DNA of 64,000 bases from a virus: the IMG/VR virus record IMGVR_UViG_3300034375_010798, one strand, 5' to 3'. Shown in pieces: positions 27,220 through 36,773 of the stretch. Under the pieces are notes generated by a model. That model saw nothing but the letters and a program-made list of their open reading frames with translations. It made no database searches and was not told the DNA's origin. The first letter of the stretch is position 1. Each line of letters begins with the position of its first letter. The position numbers were made by a program, and so were the translations under genes.

Positions 27220-30200
27220 ATGGCCAAGTATAAAAATTTAATAGATATTGGTAACCTAAACATTGATAACAATACATTAACTATTGATTGCGTTAACAAT
27301 AGAGTGGGTGTCGGTGAGGTTAACCCAACACTTAGTTTACACGTAAATTCTGGAGCAGGAAATCAAGTTGCAACATTTGAGTCATCTGATGTTGATGCTT
27401 ATATTAACATAAAAGATAGTGCTGGTAACGCTACTATTGGAACTCGTAGTGGTGATATGACATTTTATATTGATGATGCATTCACAGAAGCTATGAGGAT
27501 AAAAAATGATACTAGTGTTGGTATAGGAACCACCGCTGTTGCTTCTGGATACAAACTTACTACAAGCGGATCAGTTTTTGTAAACGCAGGTGGAGGGACC
27601 GGTATTACTATTAATGGTGCTGCAGGTGGCAATCGTATTCTTAGGTTTCACACCGGAGATATTTCCTCTAATAGTATTAGATGGGGGTTAGCGGCAAACG
27701 GCACCACCGAATCCGGGTTAGATGCAGGATCAGATTTTGGAATATATAGATATGATGACGCCGGATCTTATATATCAGAAGCGTTAACTATTAAAAGATC
27801 TACAGGTAATGTTGGGTTAAATTGTGCCACTCCACCAGCATCATTATCAATTAATGCAGGAAATAGACCAGATCAAGACGCAGTATATATTGTAGGAACG
27901 CCCGATGATGGAAAGTCAATTTTATGCATAAGATCTAATCACACTAGCGGAGCTACAAAAAGATTAATTCATGTTACAAGATCTGGAAAAGAAGGATTGT
28001 TTGTTGTTAACAATAGTGAGGCCGTAGGCATAGGAACTACAGAACCTTCAAAGAAGCTTGAAATCTCTAATGCTCGTTCAGAAACTAATTTTTCAACAAA
28101 CGCCAATGTATTTTTCTCTCTAGAAAACGATAACACCACAGTAAATAACTTTGCATCAATGCAATTTCACGATGGATCTGGGCTTGGTTCGGCTTATATT
28201 GGAACGAGATTTCTAAGAACAAATAAGGGTGGTGATTTATTTTTCGCAACAAGATATGATGCGACTGGAAGTGCCGCCATAAGAATGACAATTAATGATG
28301 CTGGTTTGGTTGGTATAGCTAATGAAAACCCATCATATACATTAGATGTAACAGGTAACATAAATTTTACCGGTAATTTAACTCTTAATGGTTCTGTTTA
28401 TGGCGGAGCTAGTGGTTTTTGGACATCTAATGTGAACGATATATACTATACAGCTGGTGGTATAGCGATTGGAACATCAACACCTACAGCGGCCAAACTT
28501 ACTATAGTAAATAACACTTCAACAGCATATGCAAATGTTGCTCCTAATATAAGTGATTTTGGGTTAGTAATTAGTAATAATGTAAATCATGTTTCAGGCG
28601 GGGTGTTTTCTGGATTACAGTTTAATCAAACTGGTAATAGCCAAAATAGAATCACATACATTGGAGCAATAACAGAAGATACCAATCAGCACAGTTCATT
28701 AGTTTTTGGAACAGATAGTGGTGGTTCGGGTAGAACTGAAAAAATGAGAATAAATAGTGCTGGTAATGTTGGTGTTGGAACAAATAATATTGTTGATCAC
28801 GCAAGTTTTAGTAGAGCGTTGGTTGTTAATGGACCTAGTGGTGGTGCTATATATGTTAAAGACAATGATAGTTCAACAGATGTTGGTGTATTTGGTCAAA
28901 CTAATACTTGCACATACATAGAGAATCTTGCAGTTGGGCCAATAAGGTTTTACATTTGTAATGGTTCTGATTTTAGCGAAAGGATGAGAATAACATCAAG
29001 TGGAACACTTGCTGTTGGAACAGAAACACCATCAGCACATGCCTTATTGAAAGCAGATTTTGCAGGAGACTTACTGTTATCTACTGGAACAACATCAACG
29101 CTTTATTTACAAGACACAACCAACTGGTTACAGTTAATATCTGGTGATATGAGATTTGGGTTATCATCTGATGAAAAGATGAGAATAACTAATGGTGGCA
29201 ATGTTGGTATAAATAACAGCTCACCTTCAACAAATGCTGTTATCCATGCAGTAGGCACAAGCTTTACTGGTGCTTCTGGAGCTATAATACTTGAAGATAA
29301 ACGTGCAGATGCGAACCCATACATCGCAATAGAGAACGACGCACGAGTCTATCAATTACAAACAGTAGGTGCGCGGGATGATAATTTTGAGATATTGGAT
29401 TCTACAGCAGGATCAGTGCGATTGGCTGTAACTTCGACTGGTGACGTTGGCATAGGTTCTACAAATCCCACATCTAAACTTTATGTGAGTGGAAATATAT
29501 ATGGTGAAAATCTATTATCAAGAAATACTTACATAAACAAATCTTACAGTAGTGATTATAATTTTTCTTTATATCCAGAATTAGCTGATGGTAATATTAG
29601 ACCGGAGGTTTTAGAATACTCAAGTGCTAATTCAGCGAATGTAACTTATGGAAATACAAATGAAAGTGATGCGCCCTATGCTGAATATTTTGCAACAGAC
29701 GGTAATCTTACTTTGTGTGGAGCTAAGATACCGGTTTGTGCTGGAGAAAGTGTTTATGGTGAAGTTTGGGTTAAGAGAGCTAGTGGAGCTACAGGAACAG
29801 CTGGGGATCTTTACTTTGGCGTTGTTAGAGAAGATAAAGATTGCAATCCTATTTCAACAAACGCTGGTATTATATATTTTGTATCTGCAGAAACAATACC
29901 TACAGATGGTGTTTGGCATAAATATTCTGGAAATTTGACACTACCCACATCACATACACCCTTTAATGGTAGTGATGGCGGGCCAGTAAGATATATAGAA
30001 CCACATTTATTAGTTAATTACTCAGCTGGCACAATACCTACTTGTGTTTCTAATATTATAGTAAGAAAAACAAATATTAATAGTGATTCTGGTCCGGCAA
30101 ATATTTTAGGTAATGTCGGCATAGGAACCGAATCACCCCTGCTTAAACTGCACATACAGGGTGATGTTGCTGGAGGTAGTTACAATCAGATCTCCGGGCA

Positions 30201-32907
30201 AGTTGTCATAAGTGGTGATACTAATACAAACAAACGCCTAAATATTGGTTTTGACACATCTACTGATAAGGGATTTTTGCAAGCGGGTATTAACGGAACT
30301 GGTTATAATGATTTATTATTAAACCCCAACGGTGGTAATGTTGGCATAGGTGTAACAGGACCTAGCCGCGCACTACATATTAAATCATCTAATGAAACAA
30401 CCTTTGCTGTTCCTTCAACAATTATGATAGAAGGAACAGATAGCTATAACTCTGGAACAGCTGGCGCTGGTATAATATTTCTTGGTAAGTATGATAGTCT
30501 TTCTAACGCAACTACCTTTGGTGTTATAGGAGCTGTAAAGGAAAACACAGTTGATGCTAACTATGGTGGTGCATTAGTTTTTCACACAAGAATAAATGGG
30601 GGTTTAGGCGATGAAAGATTACGTATTAATTCCGCCGGTAATGTTGGCATAAACGAAACCAATCCCGTTACTCAACTTCACGTTTCTTCTTATGCTGGAA
30701 TAGGTAAAATACGATTAGAAGATGATGCTGGTAGAACGGTAGAAATACAAAGCCCAAGTAGTGGTGCGGATAATGGTAGAATAGGAACTATAACAAACCA
30801 CGATTTTGAAATACACGCCGGTAATGGTAATGGAACAAACTTTATACGTTTCCTTACTGACAACGATGAAAAAATGAGAATAACTAATGCTGGTTTTGTT
30901 GGCATTAATATGGTGGAACCACCCCGTCAATTATCAGTTTTGGGTGAGGGAAATGCTACTGTCGCAACTATTATAACTCCATCTACAAATGGAGGTAATT
31001 TCGGCATATTAGATTTAAAAAGACAAGACAATGCAGTTAATTCTTCTATAGGTGTTCGTTTTAGTCACGGAAACAGCGCAGATGTAACTAATGATATAGA
31101 ATATGGTTTCATAGGTGGTGGTATAGAAGTTTGCACTGCCGGTTCAGAAAAGGGGTTTTTAAATTTTGCAGTTGGGCCAGCGCGAACAGAATATATGAGA
31201 ATAACTGGTGATGGTGACGTTAGTATAGGTGGTAACACTACACCATTAGCCAGACTTCATGTTGCTGATGAATACAGCTCCGATAGTGATATTGCTTATT
31301 TTGAAAACACACACAGCGATGGCGGAGCATTTCTTACAATAAAGCAATATGAAACAACTGCACAGCCTGTGCGCTCAGCAGCGATAAGATTAGGGACAAA
31401 AGGAAGTATAATCTGGTATCAAGGTATATTGCGTAGAGGTGGTAGCGATCACTTCAACACATGGTCTTTGAATACAACAAACGATAATAATACATCAGAA
31501 GCAAAATTTGCTGTAACAACAGGTGGTAATGTTGGCATAGGTGAAACTAGGCCTCCATCATTACTAACACTTAAGGGTGGTAATATTCTTTTAGAGCATA
31601 ACTCTACAGGAGCTGATGATGGTCACGGAATATTTTTTCACACTACAACTAATAGTTGGTCTGAAGCTGCTGCACACGCTGCAATATATGGTAAAAGAGT
31701 AGATGCTAGTAATGGTTATCTTAGATTTGACACAAGAAGTGGTGGAACAACTGCTGAAAAAATGAGAGTAACTAGTGCTGGCAATCTTTCTGTAAATGAA
31801 GCATACAACACCGCTTTTACGAATACTTCGGGCACTGCAAGATATATTGGTGTAGCATCTAATAATAATGACGCTTTATTTATAGCTCACTCTTCTGGTC
31901 AAGGTGTTGGTTATTTTGGTTATGATTATAGTGCTGATAGATTGATTATAGCTACTGATAACGGAGCTGGAGGAAACTCTATACAATTTTCAGTTAATGC
32001 AGGCACTACAAGTAATGGAACTGGTGATAACCTTGCCGCAGCGACTGCCGCTATGATCATTCTCGCTAATGAAAATGTCGGCATAGGAACGGACGCGCCA
32101 AGCTTTCGTCTTACCGTTCACGGTTCTTCTGGTTCTGATGGGGATTTTAACGGATATAATGGCACCACTACTGGCACTTTCCGACCAAATGGTTTCCTCC
32201 CAGATTTGATGGTATGTAGACCTTATACTGGATTCAGTGGTGGTGGAAATACATTAAGAGGACATATGGCATTCGGCGACGGTGTTGGTATTTATTCCGT
32301 CAACCCTAATACGGGAGGAAGTTCTCTTTATGGTGATATAAGGTTTTATACTTCGGTTTATGGATCAGGAAGTAGTTATTGCGCTATAGATAGAATGACT
32401 ATAACCTGTGATGGTGAGGTTTGTGCTCATAAAACTATAGTAACACCAAAATTGGAGGTTAATGGTGATATATATCAAAACGGTGACACTTTTTATGAAA
32501 CAAACAGTTTTACACCAACAATTGTCGCGAGCACTAGTAACCCAACAGTAGGATATTCAGTTCAATATGGTAGATATACTAGAATAGGTAATTTAGTAAC
32601 AGTGCAAATAAAAATTGATATATCAAGTATCTCTGGTGGCAGCGGTCAATTGAGAATTGGGGGTCTGCCATTTACATCAAATACTGATGCCAACTACCGA
32701 TCCGCGGGTATATCTTCTTTCACAAGAGGGTTTAATAACGGTGGGGGGGCAATTACTCTAAACATAGGGCCAAATACAACAGAAGCTGGTTTGTATAGAT
32801 GGACTGATAGCAGTAATTTTGACACAGAACTAGCTCCTGCAGATATTTCTTCTGTTCCAGCTACAATCCATGCAAGTCTTACATATGAGGCTAATTCTTG
32901 GACATAA
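27220..32907 (+). CDS. Long tail fibre protein
   Basis: 1895 aa; MAKYKNLID anchor; many GNVGIG / EKMRI modules; a carbohydrate-binding-like insert around 29520-30090; C-terminal FTP...GRYTRIGN...GLPF tip domain. Confidence 0.85.
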   Translation: MAKYKNLIDIGNLNIDNNTLTIDCVNNRVGVGEVNPTLSLHVNSGAGNQVATFESSDVDAYINIKDSAGNATIGTRSGDMTFYIDDAFTEAMRIKNDTSVGIGTTAVASGYKLTTSGSVFVNAGGGTGITINGAAGGNRILRFHTGDISSNSIRWGLAANGTTESGLDAGSDFGIYRYDDAGSYISEALTIKRSTGNVGLNCATPPASLSINAGNRPDQDAVYIVGTPDDGKSILCIRSNHTSGATKRLIHVTRSGKEGLFVVNNSEAVGIGTTEPSKKLEISNARSETNFSTNANVFFSLENDNTTVNNFASMQFHDGSGLGSAYIGTRFLRTNKGGDLFFATRYDATGSAAIRMTINDAGLVGIANENPSYTLDVTGNINFTGNLTLNGSVYGGASGFWTSNVNDIYYTAGGIAIGTSTPTAAKLTIVNNTSTAYANVAPNISDFGLVISNNVNHVSGGVFSGLQFNQTGNSQNRITYIGAITEDTNQHSSLVFGTDSGGSGRTEKMRINSAGNVGVGTNNIVDHASFSRALVVNGPSGGAIYVKDNDSSTDVGVFGQTNTCTYIENLAVGPIRFYICNGSDFSERMRITSSGTLAVGTETPSAHALLKADFAGDLLLSTGTTSTLYLQDTTNWLQLISGDMRFGLSSDEKMRITNGGNVGINNSSPSTNAVIHAVGTSFTGASGAIILEDKRADANPYIAIENDARVYQLQTVGARDDNFEILDSTAGSVRLAVTSTGDVGIGSTNPTSKLYVSGNIYGENLLSRNTYINKSYSSDYNFSLYPELADGNIRPEVLEYSSANSANVTYGNTNESDAPYAEYFATDGNLTLCGAKIPVCAGESVYGEVWVKRASGATGTAGDLYFGVVREDKDCNPISTNAGIIYFVSAETIPTDGVWHKYSGNLTLPTSHTPFNGSDGGPVRYIEPHLLVNYSAGTIPTCVSNIIVRKTNINSDSGPANILGNVGIGTESPLLKLHIQGDVAGGSYNQISGQVVISGDTNTNKRLNIGFDTSTDKGFLQAGINGTGYNDLLLNPNGGNVGIGVTGPSRALHIKSSNETTFAVPSTIMIEGTDSYNSGTAGAGIIFLGKYDSLSNATTFGVIGAVKENTVDANYGGALVFHTRINGGLGDERLRINSAGNVGINETNPVTQLHVSSYAGIGKIRLEDDAGRTVEIQSPSSGADNGRIGTITNHDFEIHAGNGNGTNFIRFLTDNDEKMRITNAGFVGINMVEPPRQLSVLGEGNATVATIITPSTNGGNFGILDLKRQDNAVNSSIGVRFSHGNSADVTNDIEYGFIGGGIEVCTAGSEKGFLNFAVGPARTEYMRITGDGDVSIGGNTTPLARLHVADEYSSDSDIAYFENTHSDGGAFLTIKQYETTAQPVRSAAIRLGTKGSIIWYQGILRRGGSDHFNTWSLNTTNDNNTSEAKFAVTTGGNVGIGETRPPSLLTLKGGNILLEHNSTGADDGHGIFFHTTTNSWSEAAAHAAIYGKRVDASNGYLRFDTRSGGTTAEKMRVTSAGNLSVNEAYNTAFTNTSGTARYIGVASNNNDALFIAHSSGQGVGYFGYDYSADRLIIATDNGAGGNSIQFSVNAGTTSNGTGDNLAAATAAMIILANENVGIGTDAPSFRLTVHGSSGSDGDFNGYNGTTTGTFRPNGFLPDLMVCRPYTGFSGGGNTLRGHMAFGDGVGIYSVNPNTGGSSLYGDIRFYTSVYGSGSSYCAIDRMTITCDGEVCAHKTIVTPKLEVNGDIYQNGDTFYETNSFTPTIVASTSNPTVGYSVQYGRYTRIGNLVTVQIKIDISSISGGSGQLRIGGLPFTSNTDANYRSAGISSFTRGFNNGGGAITLNIGPNTTEAGLYRWTDSSNFDTELAPADISSVPATIHASLTYEANSWT

Positions 32908-33008
32908 AAAAATAAAGTTTATAAAGTAAAATTAATTTATTAATATATATTAAGAGCAACCTAGTTAAAACAAAATAAAAGAATAATATACTATATATTA
33001 ATAAGTTT

Positions 33009-34172
33009 ATGAACCAGAATAAACAAATACAAATAACTGAAAAAGATAAAGTATATATATTAATACTAGCTGGAGGTATGGGAGCTAGAATAATACAAAC
33101 ATGCTTTATAAGATCTCTTATAAGAATAAGAAAACAAGAAAGAAATACATATCCTATACTAGTAATAGATAATAGTATAATAGGTCATATGGTTTCTTCT
33201 GCAATGTCTGGGCAGAACGTATATGGAGTTCAAGTTCCAGAATCTCCCAATCAATGGCCACATGATCCGGGTGTTATACCTATAGAAAATGGTTTTGAAC
33301 ATGGTATATATTTAGATAGTTGGCGTGCACAAAATCAATTTTTTAATCGTGATGAAAATATAATACCTAAACTTATAAAAAACAATATAGATAGAGTTTA
33401 TTCTATAGAATATGGCTTTAGTTTAACCAAACTAATCACTCAGCACAGATATAAGGATGATCCTAAATCATTTATATGTAATCTATACTCTAAATCTATG
33501 GCTAGTCCACTGGAATATGATGGTGGCCACCCTATGCTTAAGATTAGTGGAAGTAATAATAAAGTTAATAGTTTTATTAATCAAAATAAAAAACCTATAG
33601 TATTAGTTCATTTAGGAGTTGATAGAAACCCACATGAATTAATGTCTGGTATAAACTACAGAACACATAAAGTATGGTCACTTCAGCAATGGGGTGAGTT
33701 AGCTGCAAAATTAAAAGATAGATATTCTTTTGTTCAAGTTTTTGCAAACGAATATAATCCAGAGATACCCGGTATAACATCATTAAAAGTAGATAATTTA
33801 AATCCAGTATTACAAATATTACAATCTCAAAAGTGTAGAATGTTTTTAAGTATTGATAACTATCTACCACATTTAGCAGCTGCATTATTTCCCTCTATAA
33901 AAAGAAGAGGTGTTGTTTTATGGGGTAGTGTTTCACCTTATGTTTGGGGTTGGAAACATAATATTAATATATGGAATAAAAACTCATGTGATCAAGATGA
34001 TTTAGGTTGTTGGAGACCAAATATGTTTGATCAAGATAGAAATGGAAAACTATGGGTTTGCCCTTCTTACAGCTGTATGAAATCAATAACAGTTCAGCAA
34101 GTTATTAAAGAGATGAATAATTTAGAGGATATAATTAAAAAAGATAAAAAAGAAAATACGGTGATGTTATAA
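33009..34172 (+). CDS. Glycosyltransferase family 9 (ADP-heptose heptosyltransferase-like)
   Basis: 387 aa; N-terminal AGGMG loop; KVWSLQQWGEL; FLSIDNYLPHLAAAL...GVVLWGSVSPYVWG GT9 signature; four-Cys C-terminal cluster C-x6-CW...CP-x3-CMKSI. Confidence 0.8.
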   Translation: MNQNKQIQITEKDKVYILILAGGMGARIIQTCFIRSLIRIRKQERNTYPILVIDNSIIGHMVSSAMSGQNVYGVQVPESPNQWPHDPGVIPIENGFEHGIYLDSWRAQNQFFNRDENIIPKLIKNNIDRVYSIEYGFSLTKLITQHRYKDDPKSFICNLYSKSMASPLEYDGGHPMLKISGSNNKVNSFINQNKKPIVLVHLGVDRNPHELMSGINYRTHKVWSLQQWGELAAKLKDRYSFVQVFANEYNPEIPGITSLKVDNLNPVLQILQSQKCRMFLSIDNYLPHLAAALFPSIKRRGVVLWGSVSPYVWGWKHNINIWNKNSCDQDDLGCWRPNMFDQDRNGKLWVCPSYSCMKSITVQQVIKEMNNLEDIIKKDKKENTVML

Positions 34173-35998
34173 TGAAAAATTCTTATGTATTAGGTTTAAA
34201 TTGTGGCCATGATGGCAGTGTTTCTCTTGTTAAAAATAGAAAGATGGTTGGTTATATTGCAACTGAAAGATTAACTAGAAACAAGAAGGAACGAGGGATA
34301 AATAAAAAAACAATTAAATACATTTTGGATAAAGAAGGAATTAAATTAAAAGATGTTGATTGTGCAGTTATAACGAATTGGTTTTGGGATAAAGATTTAG
34401 AAGGAACAGAACTTTGGGATAAAACAAAAGAAGATTTTTCTATTGTTGATGCTAATGGAGTTGAATACACACAAGAAGATTGGTTTAACTTTCATCAAAA
34501 CACTAATATGGTTGCACAAGGTGTTTATGAAATGCAAATAGGTGAACAAAACATTCCTGTTTTCTTTGTTGATCATCATTTTTCACATTGTGCAACATCG
34601 TATTACTTGTCTCCTTTTAGAGATGCAATTTGTTTATCTGTTGATTTTGCAGATAATATGGGAACATCACACTCAGTATATTATTTTAATGACGATTTAA
34701 AGTTTTATCGTCCAATCCGTAGAGGGGGTGATTTTGATATAGGTAGCTTTTATGGTTCTATGTGTGATTACTTAGGTTTTTTCCCATCTCTTACTGATGC
34801 TGGCAAAGTAATGGCTTTGTCAGCATACGGTAAAGTAAATGAAAATATAGTTAATGGATTAGAGTGGCCAACTGTAAAAAGAATAGGTCAATTATTTCAT
34901 GGAGATCAATATAATTCATTATTGTATAGACATGGTATGCCGAATATACCAGAACGAAGAGTTTTTTACCCACAACTTAAAGGAGAAGGTGGGGTTGAAG
35001 ATATATCTTGGTTAGATAAAAAAGATTGGAAAATAAAAATAAATAAAAACATTGCGGCAGACACACAACATATATTAGAAGCTTCAATGATTAATATGAT
35101 AAAAGAAATTTTGTCTAATGTAAAAAATACAAAAAATATATGTTTATCTGGTGGAACTGTTTTGAATTGTGTTGCTAATGGGAAATTACAAAAAGCTTTT
35201 CCAGATTATAATTTCTTCATACCACCAGCACCGGGAGATGATGGATTATCAATAGGTGCATCCATTTTTATTGCGGAACAAATTCGCAAAAATAAAAAAG
35301 GTGAGATGAGTATAGAAATGACAAATAAGAAAAAAGTAGGGTATACAATATCTGATACTTTTACTGGCGGTAAGATTTATGACGATCAAGAAATACAATC
35401 AACAATAAAGGAATATTTAAATATAAATAAACCTAAATTAAATTATGAAAAATTATCAAATGATGATATTATTAATAAAATAACAAAAGATATATCTGAA
35501 GGAAAGATTGTAGCTTATTTTGAAGGCGGATCTGAAATAGGCCCAAGAGCCTTAGGTAATAGAAGTATACTAGCAGATGCACGCAACAAAGATATGAAAG
35601 ATAAACTAAATAAGAATGTAAAACACAGAGAAGAGTTTAGACCTTTTGCTCCTATGGTATTAAAAGAGAAAGCTCATGAGTGGTTTGATGTAGAAGAAGG
35701 ATATGAGTCACCATTCATGTTATTTAGTCACAAATCAATTAGGGGTAGTGATATTCCCTCTGGTGTTCATATAGACGATTCTGGACGATTACAGACGATT
35801 TCAGAGGATAATGGAAGAATATATGATATCATAAAAAAGTTTGATGAATTAACTGGTGTTCCTGTAATCATAAATACATCATTTAATGATAAGGGAGAAC
35901 CCATTGTAGAAACTCCAGAAGATGCAATGAAATGCTTTATAAAAACAGAAATTGACACTCTTGTTATGGAAGGTTTTTATGTTACTAAACAATATTGA
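34172..35998 (+). CDS. O-carbamoyltransferase, NodU/CmcH/TobZ family
   Basis: 608 aa; HDGS, ERLTRNK, DHHFSH, GKVMALSAYG, SGGTVLNCVAN, PAPGDDG, EIGPRALGNRSILAD, KHREEFRPFAP, NTSFN..GEPIVETP motifs. Confidence 0.95.
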   Translation: MKNSYVLGLNCGHDGSVSLVKNRKMVGYIATERLTRNKKERGINKKTIKYILDKEGIKLKDVDCAVITNWFWDKDLEGTELWDKTKEDFSIVDANGVEYTQEDWFNFHQNTNMVAQGVYEMQIGEQNIPVFFVDHHFSHCATSYYLSPFRDAICLSVDFADNMGTSHSVYYFNDDLKFYRPIRRGGDFDIGSFYGSMCDYLGFFPSLTDAGKVMALSAYGKVNENIVNGLEWPTVKRIGQLFHGDQYNSLLYRHGMPNIPERRVFYPQLKGEGGVEDISWLDKKDWKIKINKNIAADTQHILEASMINMIKEILSNVKNTKNICLSGGTVLNCVANGKLQKAFPDYNFFIPPAPGDDGLSIGASIFIAEQIRKNKKGEMSIEMTNKKKVGYTISDTFTGGKIYDDQEIQSTIKEYLNINKPKLNYEKLSNDDIINKITKDISEGKIVAYFEGGSEIGPRALGNRSILADARNKDMKDKLNKNVKHREEFRPFAPMVLKEKAHEWFDVEEGYESPFMLFSHKSIRGSDIPSGVHIDDSGRLQTISEDNGRIYDIIKKFDELTGVPVIINTSFNDKGEPIVETPEDAMKCFIKTEIDTLVMEGFYVTKQY

Positions 35999-36773
35999 TC
36001 AATATGATACAATAATACTTGGTTTCGGCGCACACACAATAAAGAATAGATGTGTTGAACAGCTAAAACCATTATTTGAAACTGGTAAGATAGATGCTTT
36101 TGTAACTAATGGAGCTTCTATCTTACATGATACAGAGATTGCTTTGTATGACGATACCAGTGAGGATGTTGAAACTACAATCAAAGAGGGTAAGTTTGGT
36201 TGGAATAGAAGAGTATGTGGTGATATAAACAACTTTATCAGCCTTACAAGAACTGATTCATTAGGTAAGTTGATTTCTAACTTCATTGGTTGGCAAGGTA
36301 ATCATAGAGATAAATCAGTATTTTGGCAAGCCCATCAGAATCAAGTGCAACCTATTGTATCTATTGGTATAGGTCATGATATATTTCAAATGTATGGAAA
36401 CTTTGATCCCGCACAGTGGGCAAAAGCTTCTTATAATGATTTTTTAAGACTTTGTAAGTTAGTAGAAAATACAAAAAGAGGTTTGTTTGTTTGTGTTGGA
36501 AGTAAAGTCTTTGTTCCTATGGTTATTGAAAAGGCGTTTTCTGTTGCAAAAAAACGTGATAGTGAATGTGTTTTTGATAGTTTAGTTTGTGATTTGTTTG
36601 ATTTAGAATCAGTTGATGGATCAGAGTATGTTAACAAAGACACATCTAAGGCTGGTTATTATGAACGTCAATTAAAAACTTTTGGTAGAATATCAGAAAA
36701 TATTGAATATCTTAGAATAGATAACAGAAATATATATCAGAGGATGTATGAAGAAATTACACGTAATAGGTGA
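35979..36773 (+). CDS. Deoxyhypusine-synthase-fold protein of unknown function
   Basis: About 264 aa from the ATG at 35979 (GGAAGG RBS; preferred over the TTG at 35952); GAHTIK, TNGASILHDTEIAL, TSEDV...GKFG, IGHDI and VGSKVFVP motifs match a DHS-like uncharacterised family. Confidence 0.6.
   Translation: MLLNNIDQYDTIILGFGAHTIKNRCVEQLKPLFETGKIDAFVTNGASILHDTEIALYDDTSEDVETTIKEGKFGWNRRVCGDINNFISLTRTDSLGKLISNFIGWQGNHRDKSVFWQAHQNQVQPIVSIGIGHDIFQMYGNFDPAQWAKASYNDFLRLCKLVENTKRGLFVCVGSKVFVPMVIEKAFSVAKKRDSECVFDSLVCDLFDLESVDGSEYVNKDTSKAGYYERQLKTFGRISENIEYLRIDNRNIYQRMYEEITRNR

Noticed and set aside
13342-32099. Classical invertible shufflon
   Set aside because: All joint motifs I found are in direct orientation within plus-strand genes; no inverted silent cassettes or invertase seen
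35952-35978. TTG start given in the ORF track for the DHS-fold gene
   Set aside because: The ATG at 35979 has a GGAAGG RBS and a shorter overlap
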